64,000 bases of DNA from Camelus dromedarius (lineage: Eukaryota). This document shows positions 10,601 through 23,639 of this stretch, piece by piece (the stretch's first letter is position 1; every line of letters starts with the position of its first letter). Under the pieces are notes generated by a model. It did no database searches. It was given only the letters and a program-made list of their open reading frames with translations, and was not told where the DNA came from. The stretch is taken from the NCBI RefSeq assembly GCF_036321535.1, contig NC_087436.1, forward strand, positions 90,522,001 to 90,586,000, given 5' to 3'. Made by a program: the position numbers and the translations under genes.

Positions 10601-13479
10601 GGCAAAAAATGAAAAGATATCTATGATACACCATGTTCATGGATTGAAAGAATTAATATTGCTAAATGTCCATACTACCCAAAACCATCTACAGATTCAG
10701 TGCAGTATCAAAATGCCAATGGGATTTTTTCACAGGAATAGGACAAGTAATTCTAAAATTTGTATGAAAACATAGAAGATCTGGGATAGCCAAGACAATC
10801 TTAAGAAGAACAAAGGTGGAGATATCACAATCTCTAATTTCCAGCTATATTACAAAGCTATGATAACTAAAACAGTTTGGTAGTGGTTAAAAAGGAAAAC
10901 AGACACATAGATCAATCAAATATCATAGAGATCCAAGAATCAAACCCATGTGTATATTGTCAGTTAATTTATGACAGAGATGACAGGGGAAAGACAGCCT
11001 TTTCAATAATTGGTATTGGGAAAACTGGAAAGCTACATGAAAAAAGTGAAACGACTATATTCTCACACTGTATATAAAGAAAAAAAAAACTAAAAATGGA
11101 TTAAAGACTTAAATGTAAGACCTGAAACCATAAAACTTCCAGAAGGAAACATTCTGCTACGTGGTCTTAATATTTTTTGATATGTCTCCTCAGGCAATGG
11201 AAATAAAATAAAAAATAAACAGTGGTACTATATCAAACTAAAAAGCTTTGCACAGCACAGGAAACTATCAACAGAGCATAAAGGCATCCTACTGAATGGA
11301 AGAAGATATTTGCAAACTATATATCTGATAAGGAGTTGATATCCAAAATATACAAAGAACTCTCATAACTGAACATAAAAAAAGCCTCATTAAAAATGGG
11401 CAGAGAACCTGAACAGACTTTTTTCCCCTAAGAATACACACAAATGGCCAAAAGGCACATTAGAAGATGTTCAACATCACTAATCATCAGGGAAATACAA
11501 ATCAAAATCATGAGATACCACTTCATACTTATCAGAATGGCTATCATCAAAAAAGACAATAAGTAACAAATGTTGGTTTGGATGTGGAGGAAAGAGCCCT
11601 TGTACTGTGTCAGTGGGAATGAAAGTTGGCCCAGCCACTTGGAGGTTCCTCAGACGAGTAAAAATATAATTGTCATACAATCTAGCAATTTCACTTCTTG
11701 GGTATTTTTCTGAACAAAAACACTAATTGGAAAAGACATATGTGCTCCTATGTTCATGGCAACATTATTTACAGTAACCAATCTATAGAAGCAACCTAAG
11801 TGGCCATCAATAGATGATGGATAAAGAATATGTGAGAGAGAGATAGACAGACAGACATATAGACAGACAGATAATGGAATGTTACTCAATCATAAAAATA
11901 ATTGAATCTTGCCATTTGTGAAAACATGGATGGGCCTGGAATGTATTATGCTAAGTGAAATAAATCAGAAAAAGACAAATCCCATATAATTTCACTTATA
12001 TGTGAAATCTAAAAAAAAATAATGAACAAGCATAAGACAGAAACAGACTCATAGATACAGAGGAAAAATGGTTGCTAGAGGAGAGGAGGGTGGGTGAAAT
12101 AGGTGAGGGAGGTTAAGTAGTAGAAACTTCTAGTTTCAAAATAAGTGAGTCATAAAAAATGAAATTTACAGCATGGGGAATGTAGTCAATAATATTGTGA
12201 GAATTTGTATGGTGACAGATGGTAACTAGACTTATGGTGATCATTTTGTAATGTATAGAAATATCTAATTACTTTCTTGTGCTTCTGGAACTGTCATACG
12301 TCTTTGATCAATTATACTTCATTTTAAAATGATAACAAAATGGATTATCGACATTAACTTAAAACACAAAACAATGAAATTTAAAAAAAAAAAACCTAGG
12401 AGAAAGCTTTATAATCTTGGATTAGACATAGAATGCTTAGATACAGCAACAAAAGATAAACCTTTAAAAGAAAAATACTGATAAATTAGATTTTAGAATT
12501 AAAACATTTACTCCATGAAAGACACTATAAAGAAAATGAAAAGGCAAGTTACAAAGAGGAAATATTTGCAATCACGTATCTAATAAAGGACTTATATCCG
12601 GAAAATATAAAAATTTCTCAAAACTCATGATAAGAATATAAACCACTCAGTTAAAAAAATGGGCAAATGACTTGAGGAGTTACTTGACCAAAAAAGATGT
12701 GCAGATGGAAAATAAGTACATGAGATGTTTGACCTAATTAATCATTAAGGAAATTCAAATTTGAACTATAATGAGATACCACTACACATCTATTAGAATA
12801 GCTAAATTCATAAAATCTGACAATATCAAGTGCTGTTGTGGATAGAGAGCAACTGTGACTCATACTTAAGTAGTGGGAATGTAAAATTGTACACTGCTCT
12901 ACTAAAGTTTGAAAGTTTCTTGTAAGTTACATATGCATTTACTATGTGACCCAGAATTCCCACTCTGATATTGAGGAGTGAAATGAAAATTCATGTTGAA
13001 ATCAAAGCCTATAAACAAGGTTTATATCTTTTTTATTCATAATCACAAGAAAAAAACTGAAAGTCATCAAAATGTCCTTCATTAAGTGGATGAATAAAGA
13101 AACTACTACATTCATACAATGAAAGACTTTCTCCACAATAAAAAGAAATGAGCTTCAATAACATGTGACACATTGGTAAATCTAAAAGACATTATGCTGA
13201 GTGAACAAAGCCAGTCTCAGAATATTATGCTCTATATGGTTCCATTTTATATGACATTCTGGAAAAGATAAAACTATAGGACCAGAGAAAATATCAATGG
13301 TTTCCAGAGGTTTGAGTGAGGAAGAATGTTTGACTACAAAAATGAAAAGAGGGAAATTTTGGAAATGATGTAAGTGTTGTGTATACTAACTGTGTTGGTG
13401 TTTATATAAATCTATATAAACTCATATAACTGCAAACCAAAAAAAAAAAAAAAAGTTGATTTTACTGCATTTTCCACCT

Positions 13480-13790
13480 ATATGTGGGGTAGCAAGGTGC
13501 TCTACTAATATCATTTTTGTCAGTCCATGTTGAAAGAACAGCCACCATCTTGCCAATCACCATGCCAAAAGGAAGCAAAATTTAAAAAAAGAAAAAGAAA
13601 AGCATGCATGGTTGGTTGCTCACTGCTTCATCCTGAATGTTATGCTTACCATTTCTACTTATATGTCTTAAGAAAAAAGTCACATGGCCATATCTAACCC
13701 CAAGTTGTTGAGAAGGTTAATACAGCCTTGCCACTATAAGGAGACAGCTGGAATATTGAGAACACTCTTAATGACTACCGTGGAAATACT
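13480..13790. mobile_element. Old ERVL/MaLR-type LTR fragment (LTR33/MLT1-like)
   Basis: Motifs such as agtcacatggccatatctaacc and accatttctacttatatgtc resemble old ERVL-MaLR LTRs. Recalled similarity only. Confidence 0.4.
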
Positions 13791-15850
13791 GAGAGCACAC
13801 ATCCTACTGTGTTTCCAAAAAAAGTATTTCCTTTACTCTGTTTGGAAAGGGAATGAAGATATGTATGGCCATTTGTCATATTGCAAATGCATGTTAGTCC
13901 CTTTTATAAGCAGAATTGATGCTTTGTGATAAGAACTAAGTGTTTGGTCCTGTTCCACAATGGCAGTCATCATTGGTCTGGGGTAGGAACAAACTCAGAC
14001 TGGCCTCAAAACTTCTCTTTTATTAGCTGAAAAGAAGTATTACTCTACTTCCTACAAAGCAGATTTACTCTGGGTGAAATTTTGAGATTATGAAAGTGAA
14101 AATAATTAGAATTATTAAATACTGTTCAATTATTGGAGTTAATTAATTTTTTGTTAAATGATTATAATTATAGTCATTATAATCTTAAAATTTGCATAAT
14201 GCTTGAAGAGTTATAAGTAGTTTTACCTATATAACTTTGTCATGTTTCAAAACAGTAAATGCAATTTTTCTTTCTTTATAAGCAGAGAAAATTAGATTGT
14301 TTAAAAACAGATATTTGTGAAGATTTTAACTTCCAAGCTTGCCTAAAGAAAGTTCTTTTGATTTCCTTAGAGAAATATCCTTTCAATTTTGGATCCTAAT
14401 AAACATTCTCTGTTTGGTAATGTATATTCATTTTCTACTGATGTTTATCAGTTATATTTGTCTTCAGAATACCAGTATTTAATATCTATAATCTCAAAAA
14501 AAAATCAGTTTTCTTTTCTCTTTGCTATCCTAAAATCTTGTGTTCTTGTAAAGGATTTTCTAGTAAGTAGAAATTGAGACATTACACAGAGACAGGGGAC
14601 CAAGCAGATCATAGAATAGTATGCTCTTTAAAAGTGACAGTAGGAAAAGATCAAAAGCATTTATGAAAACTTTTTTTAAAGATAAATCTCACATACACAT
14701 AAAACATTTTTAGAACGATTTCCCCATGGGCTTTGAACAAAGCGTTACAGAACATTTTCAAGTTCTTTTCCTTTGTATATACCAAACATGTCTCTCCATG
14801 ATTGAACTGGACAACAAGGGGTGATGAGTTTGCTCATGTACTGTGTAAAAACACTGACCTGAAACGCAATAGTAAAACTCAGCTTTGCTTCAAATAATGT
14901 TTCTTTTGTGTCTTTTTCTTTCTCTGTAAGATTGATTTCTTAAGCATGACAGTGTTTTCTTTATAAAACACTGCTGTCTTATTCCCAGAATAAGACTTTA
15001 AATAGGATCCTACAGAAAATCAATTTCTTGAGTAAGAGATCCAGATAATCTTTTTATTTACTGTTGTTTATGTACGGCTGCCCATGGTATATTGCTACAA
15101 AAATTAGAATCCTCCATCAACACACAGTAACCAGATATCTCTAACACAAATTATATAGGTCAATAATGACTTTTTAAATTAAAGATCAAATCATTCAGTT
15201 TAGAGACTGCAGAAAGCATACAGTGCACGAAAACTGAATTCCAAATACATGGCTGAAGACATTTTTTTAGTATCCTGACTTGAATATATTAGAAGCAAAG
15301 GGCTCATAAGTCCATTAGAACAAAAACCAGGAGAATGATGTTGATAAGAGCTGTTTACAGGAAGATTATAATTGCTGATCTTTGTTTTGTGTTGAGATAC
15401 TTAGTTCTAGTACCATAATGTTCACCAGCAATAACTCTAATCCAGAAATTGACTTCAAATCTGTACTCCTTCCTGACCCCTGCAACTACTGGCTGAACTT
15501 TATAGCTTACTCAGGAGCTACCACCTCACATGCTTTCTAAACTCGCTTCTCTTTGACTAGTGAGACTGACCACTGAATAAACCATAACAGTCAGCCAGGT
15601 ACAGCAAAGCTCATAGCACCTAAAGTCAAAAGTAGTGCCAACCAAAACTTGCAGGAAATTACTTCAATCAAGGTTGGAAAGAATATCCTTTATGAATTAA
15701 ATTTATTATACAGTATCCACATCATGTTAACAATATAGATGAATTTTAAACATATCTTATAAACAGACATTTCTGTATTGTCATCTAAAGTACCCTCTTT
15801 CTATGTAGGCAACCTCTACCTGTTCCTATAAACTCTTCACAAAACACTTT

Positions 15851-16093
15851 TCTTTTTTTAATTTTATTTTTATTGAAGTGTAGTTAATTTATAGTGTTAG
15901 TTTCATGTGTACAGCAAAGCAATTCAGTTATCCACATACATACATGTATTTTTTCAGATTATTTTCCATTATAGCTTATTATAAGAAATTGAAATAGTTT
16001 CCTGTGCTATACAGTAGGTCCTTGTTGTTTATGTATTTTATATATAGTGATGTGTACCTGTTAATCCCAAATTCCTAATTTATCTCTCCCTGC
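15851..16093 (-). mobile_element. Short 5'-truncated L1 3'UTR (artiodactyl-type)
   Basis: tttttattgaagtgtagttaattt...cctgtgctatacagtaggtccttgttg. 8-bp TSD aacacttt at 15843-15850 and 16094-16101. Confidence 0.85.
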
Positions 16094-17226
16094 AACACTT
16101 TACTTCTCTATATCTCAATCTTTATACCTATGCAATGTTGAAAAATGAAAAGATAAACACTTAAACTCCCTCCAGGTAACATTCTTTAATTCTGTGTCGT
16201 TATTATGACAAGATATGGAGCGACCACTAAGTCCAACATCGATCTAAACGAAGTATAGTAGGAAAAAATGTAACTATGCAAGTACTTTATTTATCATGAG
16301 CCATGAATTATATAAAATTGTATAGAAACCTGACAAAAAGAAACACTACACATGTGGATGTGATACAGTTTCTTTGATTTTATTTCCACAAACTAAAGTG
16401 GTTTTGATATACAACTGGCATAGATATTTAATTATAGTCAAACAGAATGGCTTATCACTATCCTTTCCTCTCCCACCCCAAATTATCATTTTTGGTAAAC
16501 TTCATGTAATATTTAACTAATCTACATTTAACAATATGACAATAAACCTACTAATTAATGGATCAAGGGTTGTATTTAACAGCTGTTCATAGTTCAAATT
16601 TTATTGGCATTGTTAGTTTATTTTTTCCTGCTGTTCCTCCTTCCATCCTTCTCTTCACCTCTGCATCACTCTTTCTCTCTCTCTCCACCCCTCCTCATTC
16701 ACTCTTACAGACTTTAGATATGACCAAATGTTCCATGAAGGTATGGAATCATGACTGTTTTACATGACACTGTACGTTCAATTCTTAGCATACAAACCAT
16801 AGGTAATGAATACATATTTGCTAAATGAGTGAAGTACATATGTCTCTGAGGGTATTTCTAAAAACAAAAGAGCTCTGAATTGCTTACCAGTATTTCCTCA
16901 GCTCCCTCAGACATGAGAAAGGAATATACTTCCATTTAGGGATATGTGCTTATTGGGTCTTTAACGTTTTGAAAATTCTCATCATGTCTAACTCTTAATT
17001 CAGTTTCTTCTTAAAGTACATTTTTATTCCCCTAAATAAAGCATTGACCATTTATATGCCACATTTTGCCAAGAAATATGATTTCACTAATTCCTAGTGA
17101 TAACAAGAGTTTTAGATTTAAACCTCAATGTTTAGGAAATGTTACCTAAAAACATAGGTGGTGATCCTTACCTTTTAACAAAGGACAAAATCTTGGAGTG
17201 TGGGTTGAGTTTGATCAATAGACATT

Positions 17227-17262
17227 TGTGTGTGCGTGCACGTGTGTGTGTGTGTGTTTGTG
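17227..17262. repeat. Imperfect (TG)n microsatellite
   Basis: tgtgtgtgcgtgcacgtgtgtgtgtgtgtgtttgtg. Confidence 0.9.
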
Positions 17263-17588
17263 TATTACAGTGTTTTAAAATTTCTGAGCTAACATTTAAA
17301 ACTTGGAAAGTTTAAATAAATGTCTGGAGTTTTGTTTTGTGTTAAAATATAGAAGATTTGGTAATGCTGGGCCCTAATTTCTAGGCTGGAAATTTTTATC
17401 TAACTTAAGCAATCATAATTTCCTCCTGGAACAAATCTAGGTAAAATGAGAGGGGGAGAGGGATAAGAGAATAATTAAATTATCCTTTTCTAATCTGCTA
17501 AGATACTCTTCATTAATAGCTATATTAACCATCTTTCTTCATTTTTTATATTTGTATTTGCCTCTTTTTTTTTATCAAAAACTACAGG

Positions 17589-18985
17589 TATATTAGCCTG
17601 GGAGATGTAGGGATAGGGGGAGAGATAGTGACTGATTGATTGATTGATTGATTGACTATAAGGAATTGGTTCACTTGGATATAGAGACTGGAAAGTCCCA
17701 ATTATCTGTAGCCTGCAAGCTGGAGACCCAGGAAAGCCAATGGTATAGATCCACTATGGATCTGCAGGCAGGAGAGGATGAATGTCTTTTAGGCAGATGG
17801 AATGGAAGAGGATAGAAGACATATCACGCAGATAGGAATTCCTTCTTATTTGTGGAAGGATAGTAAGAATCACGACCCATTGATCTTTCAAGTCCTTGAT
17901 AGTGCCGCTAATCTCTGAACTCCCTCCAGGAATGTACTATTGCTTTTGATTTACTGTTTTCCTAGGTAGAGGCAGTTTAGTTGGCTTCAACTTGGCCTTT
18001 CCCACTATAATAGCCCTTACTCCATAGGTCAATGAACCAATGAGGGAATTCTGCAATCTGCTTAGTATATCTATTCTAATTATGCATTCTGGAAATAGGG
18101 AAATAGCCATAGAATATGTTCAGAGAACCACCAGGCCCACTGTCAAATGGACCTGAGCTAAAACTCCATTGATCCTTTGCCCTCCAGAAGCCCCTACTCT
18201 GGCTATTGGACTACAGTGATGTTTTAGGTCTGCTGGAATTGTCAGTTCAGATCCAATGTCCAGTAGTCCCTGAAATATGTGATTATTTCCATTTCCACAA
18301 TACAAAGTTATCCTGGCAAAAGACTGTAGGTCCCTTTGGAGAAGACTGAGAGAAAGAATAATGCTATACTTTTTTTTTTTTTTTTTTTTTTTTGTAATCC
18401 TCAAGACCTAGCCTCATCTTAATTCAAGGAAACATGGGTCTCTTTCAGGGTACTCAGAAGATTTCAGGGTATTTTTTTGGTGTTTGGGATCATCTTTTCC
18501 TTTCTCCACTTTGCCAGTGACATAGAAACAGCCAGCCAATCTCATTATTTTTGTTAGGTTTTTAAAAAAAGTGTTCAAAAGTATCACATACACGGTCACC
18601 CAGTTCCTTGCTTCTTATAAGTGGTTGATGAGAGTATCCAGTGGAGATATTTTGCAAACCATTGTTGACTGATTAAACCGTGGATTATTGGTGCTCTCTC
18701 CAATACTGGAAATAGAGTCATTTGTGTTCTTAAACCTAGTCAGATTTCAGAGTCAATTCCAAAAACCCAAAACCAATTCTGAAAGTTCATCTATAAAATT
18801 CTGTTCCTCTAGAACCACCCTTGAGATTAAAAATCTGTATTAGTATGGGTTCTCCAGAGATATAACATCTAACATATATACGGAAAGATAGAGTGATGGA
18901 GAGAGATACCATATACATATTACATATATATTATAAATATATTCATATGTATGAAAATAGGTATACAAATATATTTATTTCTTGT
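17589..18985 (-). mobile_element. Internally deleted ERV-L provirus with MLT2-type LTR remnants (3'LTR part ~17589-17860, internal ~17860-18835, 5'LTR part from ~18836)
   Basis: Both LTR remnants begin with the MLT2-type end (tattag; tgtattagtatgggttctccagag at 18836). Leader ggttctagaggaacagaa (minus). Gag N-terminus ~18440-18780, protease GLLDIGSELT...VGASGGQRINGVLAQVHLTVG, then RT N-terminus (...ISGTIKDLKD). Confidence 0.88.
17862..18360 (-). pseudogene. ERV-L protease and start of reverse transcriptase, degenerate
   Basis: ORF 18120-18404 carries an aspartyl-protease LLD(I/T)GS motif. Downstream minus-strand sequence follows the ERV-L pro-RT junction (CIIRIDILS, GKAKLKP, LPLPRKTVNQKQ) with stops. 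Confidence 0.85.
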
Positions 18986-18986
18986 A

Positions 18987-21900
18987 TTTAAAAAATGTTT
19001 ATTGAGGTGTATTTGATGTAGAATATTAACGTGAGTTTTCAGAGGTACAAAATAGTAATAAACAATTTTCAAAGGTTTTATTTTATCTTTATTTATTACA
19101 AAATATTGGATATATTCCCTGTGCTGTAATATATATCCTTTAACTTATTTATTTTATACATAGGAATTGGTAACTCTTACCTACCCTTATCTTGCCTCTC
19201 CCCCCCTTTCCTCTCCTCACTGGTTTGTTCTCTATATTTGTGAGTTTATTTCTTTTTTGTTATGTTCACTAGTTGTATTTTTTGTAGATTCCACATATAA
19301 AGGATATCATATACAGTATTTGTCTTTCTCTGTCTGATTTAACTTCACTTAGCATAATACCCTCCAAGTCCATCCATGTTGTTGCAAATGACAGCATTTA
19401 ATTCTTTCTGTGGTTGAGTAGTATTCCATTGAATAGCTAGCTAGTTGTCTGTCTGTCTGCCTATCTATCCATAATCAGATCTCCTATATTCATTTATTTG
19501 TTGATGGACACTTAGGTTGCTTCCATATCTTGACAGTTGTAAATAATGCTGTTGTGAATGTTGAGATGCATGTATCTTTTGAATTAGTGTTTTCGTTTTA
19601 TTTTTTCAGATAGACACCCAGAAGCAGAATTGCTGGGTCATATGGTGGTTCTATTTTCAGTTTTAGAGACTTCATACTGTTTTCCACAGTGGCTGCACCA
19701 ATTTATATTCCCACCAACAGTGTATGAGAGTTCCCTTTTCTCCACATTCTACCCAATATTCGTTAGTTGCATTTTTTTTTGATAATAGCCATTCTGACGG
19801 CGTGAGGTGATATCTTATTGTGGTTTTGATTTGCATTTTCCTGATAAATAATGATGTTGAGAATCTTTTCATGTGCCTGCTGGCATTCTGTATGTCTTCT
19901 TCAGAAAAATATCAGATCTTCTGCCCATTTTTCAATTGGGTTGTCTGTTTGGGGGTTTTTTGATATTCAGATGTATGAGCTATTTATATATTTTGAATAT
20001 TAAGCCCTTATCATTAATATCATTTGCATATATTTCTCCCTATCAGTAAGTTGTCTTCTCATTTTTCTCCAAGGTTCCCTTTACTGTGCAAAAGCTTTTA
20101 AGTTTAATTGGGTCCCATTAGTTTATATTTACTTTTATTGACTTTGTTTTAGGATCCAAAAAGATATTGCTACAATTTATGTCAAAGAGTGTTCTGCCTA
20201 TGATTTCTCTTAAGAGTTTTATGGTGTCCTGTCTTACATTTGGGTATTTAAATCATTTCGGGGTTTTTTTTTATATGGTGTGAGGAAGTATTCTAATTTC
20301 ATTCATTTACATGTTGCTGTTCAGCTTTCCCAACACCACTTGTTGAAGGGACTGTCTTTTCTCCATTGTACATTCTTGCCTCCTTTGTCATAGATTGATT
20401 GTAAGTATGTGGGTTTATTTCTGGGTTCCCTACTCTGTTGCATTGACCTACGTGTCTGTTTTGTGCCAATATCATACTGTTTTAATTACTGTAACCTCAT
20501 ACTATAGTCTGAAGTCAGGGAGCATAATTCCTCCAGTTTTGTTCTTCTTTCTCAAGGTTCTTTTGGCCATTTGGGGTCTGTAGTGTTTCCATACAAGTTT
20601 TTAAATTATTGGTTCTAGTTTGTGAAGAATGCCATTGGTATTTTGATAGGGATTGCCTTGAATCTGTAGGTTCCATTGGATAGTATGGTCATTTTAACAA
20701 AATTAATTCTTCCAGTCCATAAACATGGTATATCTTTCCATGTTGTCTTCAGTTTCTTTCATCAATGCCATAGTTTTCTAAGTACAAGTCTTTTACCTCC
20801 TTAGGTAGGTTTACTCCTAGGTATTTTATTCTTTTGAAGCTATTATGAATGAGGTCACTTCCTTAATTTCTCTTTCTGAGAGTTTATTGTTACTGTATAG
20901 AAATGTAACAGGTTTCTGTGTATTAATTTTGTGTCCTGCAACTATATTAATTCATTGATGAGCTCTAGTAGTTTTCTGGTGGTGTCTTTAGGATTTTATA
21001 TGTATAGTATCATGTCATCAGCAAACAATGACAATTTTACTAATTTCTTTCCAACTTGGATTATTTTTTTCTTTTTTTTTTTCTTTTCTGATTGATGTGG
21101 CTAGAACTTCTAATACTGTGTTGAATGAAAGTGGTGAGGATGGACATCCTTGTCTTGTTCCTGATTTTAGAGGAAATGCTTTCATCTTTTCATCACTGAG
21201 TGTGATGTTAGCTGTGGACTTGTCATATATGGCCTTTATTATGTTGAGGTATGTTCCCTCTACACCCACTTTCTGGAGTGTTTTTATCATAAATGGATAT
21301 TAAATTTTATCAAAGGCTTTTTCTGCATCTATTGAGATGATCATATGGTTTTTATTCTTCGTTAATATGGTTTATGACATTGATTTGCAGATATTAAAAT
21401 TTGTTTCCTCTCTGGGATAAATCCTATTGATCATGGCATATGATTATTTTGAAGTATTGTTGGATTCAGATTGCTGATATTGAATCTTTTTGCATCTGTG
21501 TTCATCACTGCTATTGGTCTGTAATTTTCCTTTTTTGTCATATCTGTGTCTGGTTTTAGTATCAGGGTGATGCCGGCATTATAGAATGAGTTCAGAAGCA
21601 TTCATTCTTCTGCAAGTTTTTGGAATACTTTGAGAAATACAGGTGTTAACTCTTCTCTAATTGTTTAATAGAATTCCCCAGTGAAGCCATCTGGTTCTGG
21701 ACTTCTGTTTTTGGGAGTTTTTGTTTGTTTGTTTGTTTAATTACTGGCAGTTGATGTGCTCATAATTTCTATTTCTTCCTAGTGCAGTCTTGGGAAATCG
21801 TACATTTCTAGGAATCTGTCCATTTCTTCTAGGTTGTCAATTTTATTGGCAGATATTTGTTCATAATAGTCTTTTATGAGCCTTTGTATTTCTGTGATAT

Positions 21901-22245
21901 CAGTTGTAACTTTTTCTTTTCATTTCTGATATAAATGATTTGAACCCTTTTTTTTTTCTTGATGAGTCTGGCTAAAGGTGTATGATTTTTGTTTATCTTT
22001 TCAAAGAACCAGGTCTTACTTTCATTGGTCTTTTCTATCATTTTCTTAGTCTCTATTTCATTTATTTCTGCTCTAATCTTTATTTCTTTCCTCTACTAAT
22101 GTTGGATTTTGTTTGTTTTTCCTTCTTTATAGGTTCTTTATAGGTAAATTAGGTTCTTGAGATTTTTTTTTAAATTTTGAGATAGCTTTGTATGGCTATA
22201 AAATTTCCTCTTAGAATTACTTTTGCTGTGTCCTATAGATTTGTT
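18987..22245 (-). mobile_element. 5'-truncated L1 (ORF2 from post-EN region to 3'UTR), decayed
   Basis: Minus ORFs [22 protein letters not shown]...GTRQGCP and [13 protein letters not shown]...[10 protein letters not shown]1 3'UTR at ~18987-19330. Confidence 0.92.
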
Positions 22246-22339
22246 TTCACAGTTAGTCCTGACTTTGTTCATGAAAAGTAGTTTTAAGGTTTTAAAATAA
22301 AAAGCTAGTTTTAAGGCTTTAAAATAAGACTTATATTGG

Positions 22340-22700
22340 CTTCAAGAAGGAGCAGAAAGGTACTGCTAATGGGACTAGATTATAGCAGTAAAGGACTGTT
22401 GGAAAGCAATGCAGTCAGAGAAGTAAGTAATGGACAGGTAATGTAAGGATATGTGTTCTAAATGTGCTGGGAAAGTTTCAGAAAATTTAAATCATAGACA
22501 AGATTTTTTTTTTAAATTTGTTTTGAGAAAAATCACTTTGCCTCTGCAGAAGTAATGGATTTTAGGGGTTAAGAGTGTAAGCAGGTAAACCAAATAGCAG
22601 GCTATTATAAGGAATGAGGGGAGAGATTTGGGGAGCTTGAATTAAGCAAGCAGTGGTGGAGATAAATGGTCAGTGGAATAAGGGAAGGCCAGAGAATCAA
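22340..22700 (-). mobile_element. L2 fragment
   Basis: Purine-rich L2 antisense motifs (aaatcactttgcct...atggattttagggg...aggctatt). Confidence 0.6.
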
Positions 22701-23339
22701 ATGTAATGATCCAAAAGAGGAGATATAATTAACTAGGTGAAATGGAAAGGAATAACTCATTGCTGATATGCTTAACGATTCGAAAGAGTATGAGAGTAAA
22801 ATGTAAGTACCTGTCAGAGAGAGTGTGGTCAAAATTGAAGAGCAAAGCTATCAAAATTGTAAAAAGAAAAATTTTAGTTATGAAATAAAATGCATTAGTA
22901 GAAAATAAAGGACTATGCAATTCCCTAATTAGTAATATATCAGGATATAAACAAATAATTACTAAGTGGGAAAAATATATCAGTATAACAGAAGACAGAA
23001 ATAATCGTAGCAATTAGTTTTTGATTTTGTTAAACTGTCTTATAAACTAAAGCATATCCTTTTTGTCTAGAATCCATGCTGTGAATCTAGTATTTTCATA
23101 GCAATAATTAAACACATTTTTGACATTTTTAAAACTTACTAAATGTAACTTTTGTATTCACTACAGTGTATTTTTTAACACTGGATTTATACATAAAATT
23201 TCAATAGTAGCAGTGCATTTTTAACACTGGTTTTATATTAAGAAGTTCAGTGGTAGCACTCAAGGTCATAAAATATAAAAATTTCTTAGGAAAAATAGTT
23301 TATCTACAAAATAGTTTATCTATACAGTCTCCTGACAAA

Positions 23340-23630
23340 TACGACAAGCAAAATATATTGCTAGGGATATATACATATATAGTAAAACTATGAATACAAG
23401 CAAGAGAATGATAGAGTATTCAAATTTAGGGTACAAGTTAGGGTAGTGTTTATCTCTGAAGGGAACAGACATGAAGTTGCTGGAGAAGCATACCCAAAGC
23501 TTCAACAATATTGTATCACCATCTTCCTTAAATTGCCTGGTAGCTACAAGGGTATTACTTTGATTTTTCATGCTGTATTATTTATATGTTATCTACATAT
23601 GTATTTGTATAAATTCTTCAAAATTAAAAA
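23340..23630 (+). mobile_element. Ancient L1ME-like 3' end fragment
   Basis: atagtaaaactatg...caagagaatgat...tttatctctgaagggaacag...cttaaattgcctggtagctacaagggtatt. Confidence 0.5.
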
Positions 23631-23639
23631 TAGTACAAG

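Larger units (their letters stand above)
3682..12331 (+). mobile_element. Near full-length, decayed artiodactyl-type L1 (partial 5'UTR, ORF1 ~3950-4815, spacer, ORF2 from 5318, 3'UTR to ~12330), interrupted at 5410-8454
   Basis: ORF1 motifs (gacctctgggacaataacaag...ataggggtcccagaagg; ends ...aagggacttctttaa). ORF2 ATG at 5318 (MATSIYLSIIT). RT motifs [26 protein letters not shown]. 3'UTR ends ...tcaattatacttca. Candidate 9-bp TSD ataacaaaa at 3673-3681 and 12332-12340. Many stops and frameshifts. Confidence 0.9.
60..13470 (+). mobile_element. Ancient L1 (L1MC/MD/ME-like) ORF2 3' half and 3'UTR, fragmented host of nested insertions (pieces ~60-149, 1464-1746, 3044-3681, 12332-13470)
   Basis: Degenerate plus-strand ORF2 sequence is collinear across the interruptions: aattctaccaagcattaaaagaagaaata (FYQTFKEE-like), aagactaagtga|ggtttattcag (DQVGFI-like), aaaagcctttgataaaat (EKAFDK), and resumes at aaaatggattatcgacattaac (KWIKDLN-like) before an old 3'UTR. 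Roughly 0.3 kb of host ORF2 appears missing at the 3681/12332 join. Confidence 0.75.

Noticed and set aside
14780..14900. Possible minus-strand splice site (tttcag/gtcagt) and exon
   Set aside because: No frame gives a recognisable peptide and there is no convincing partner splice site.
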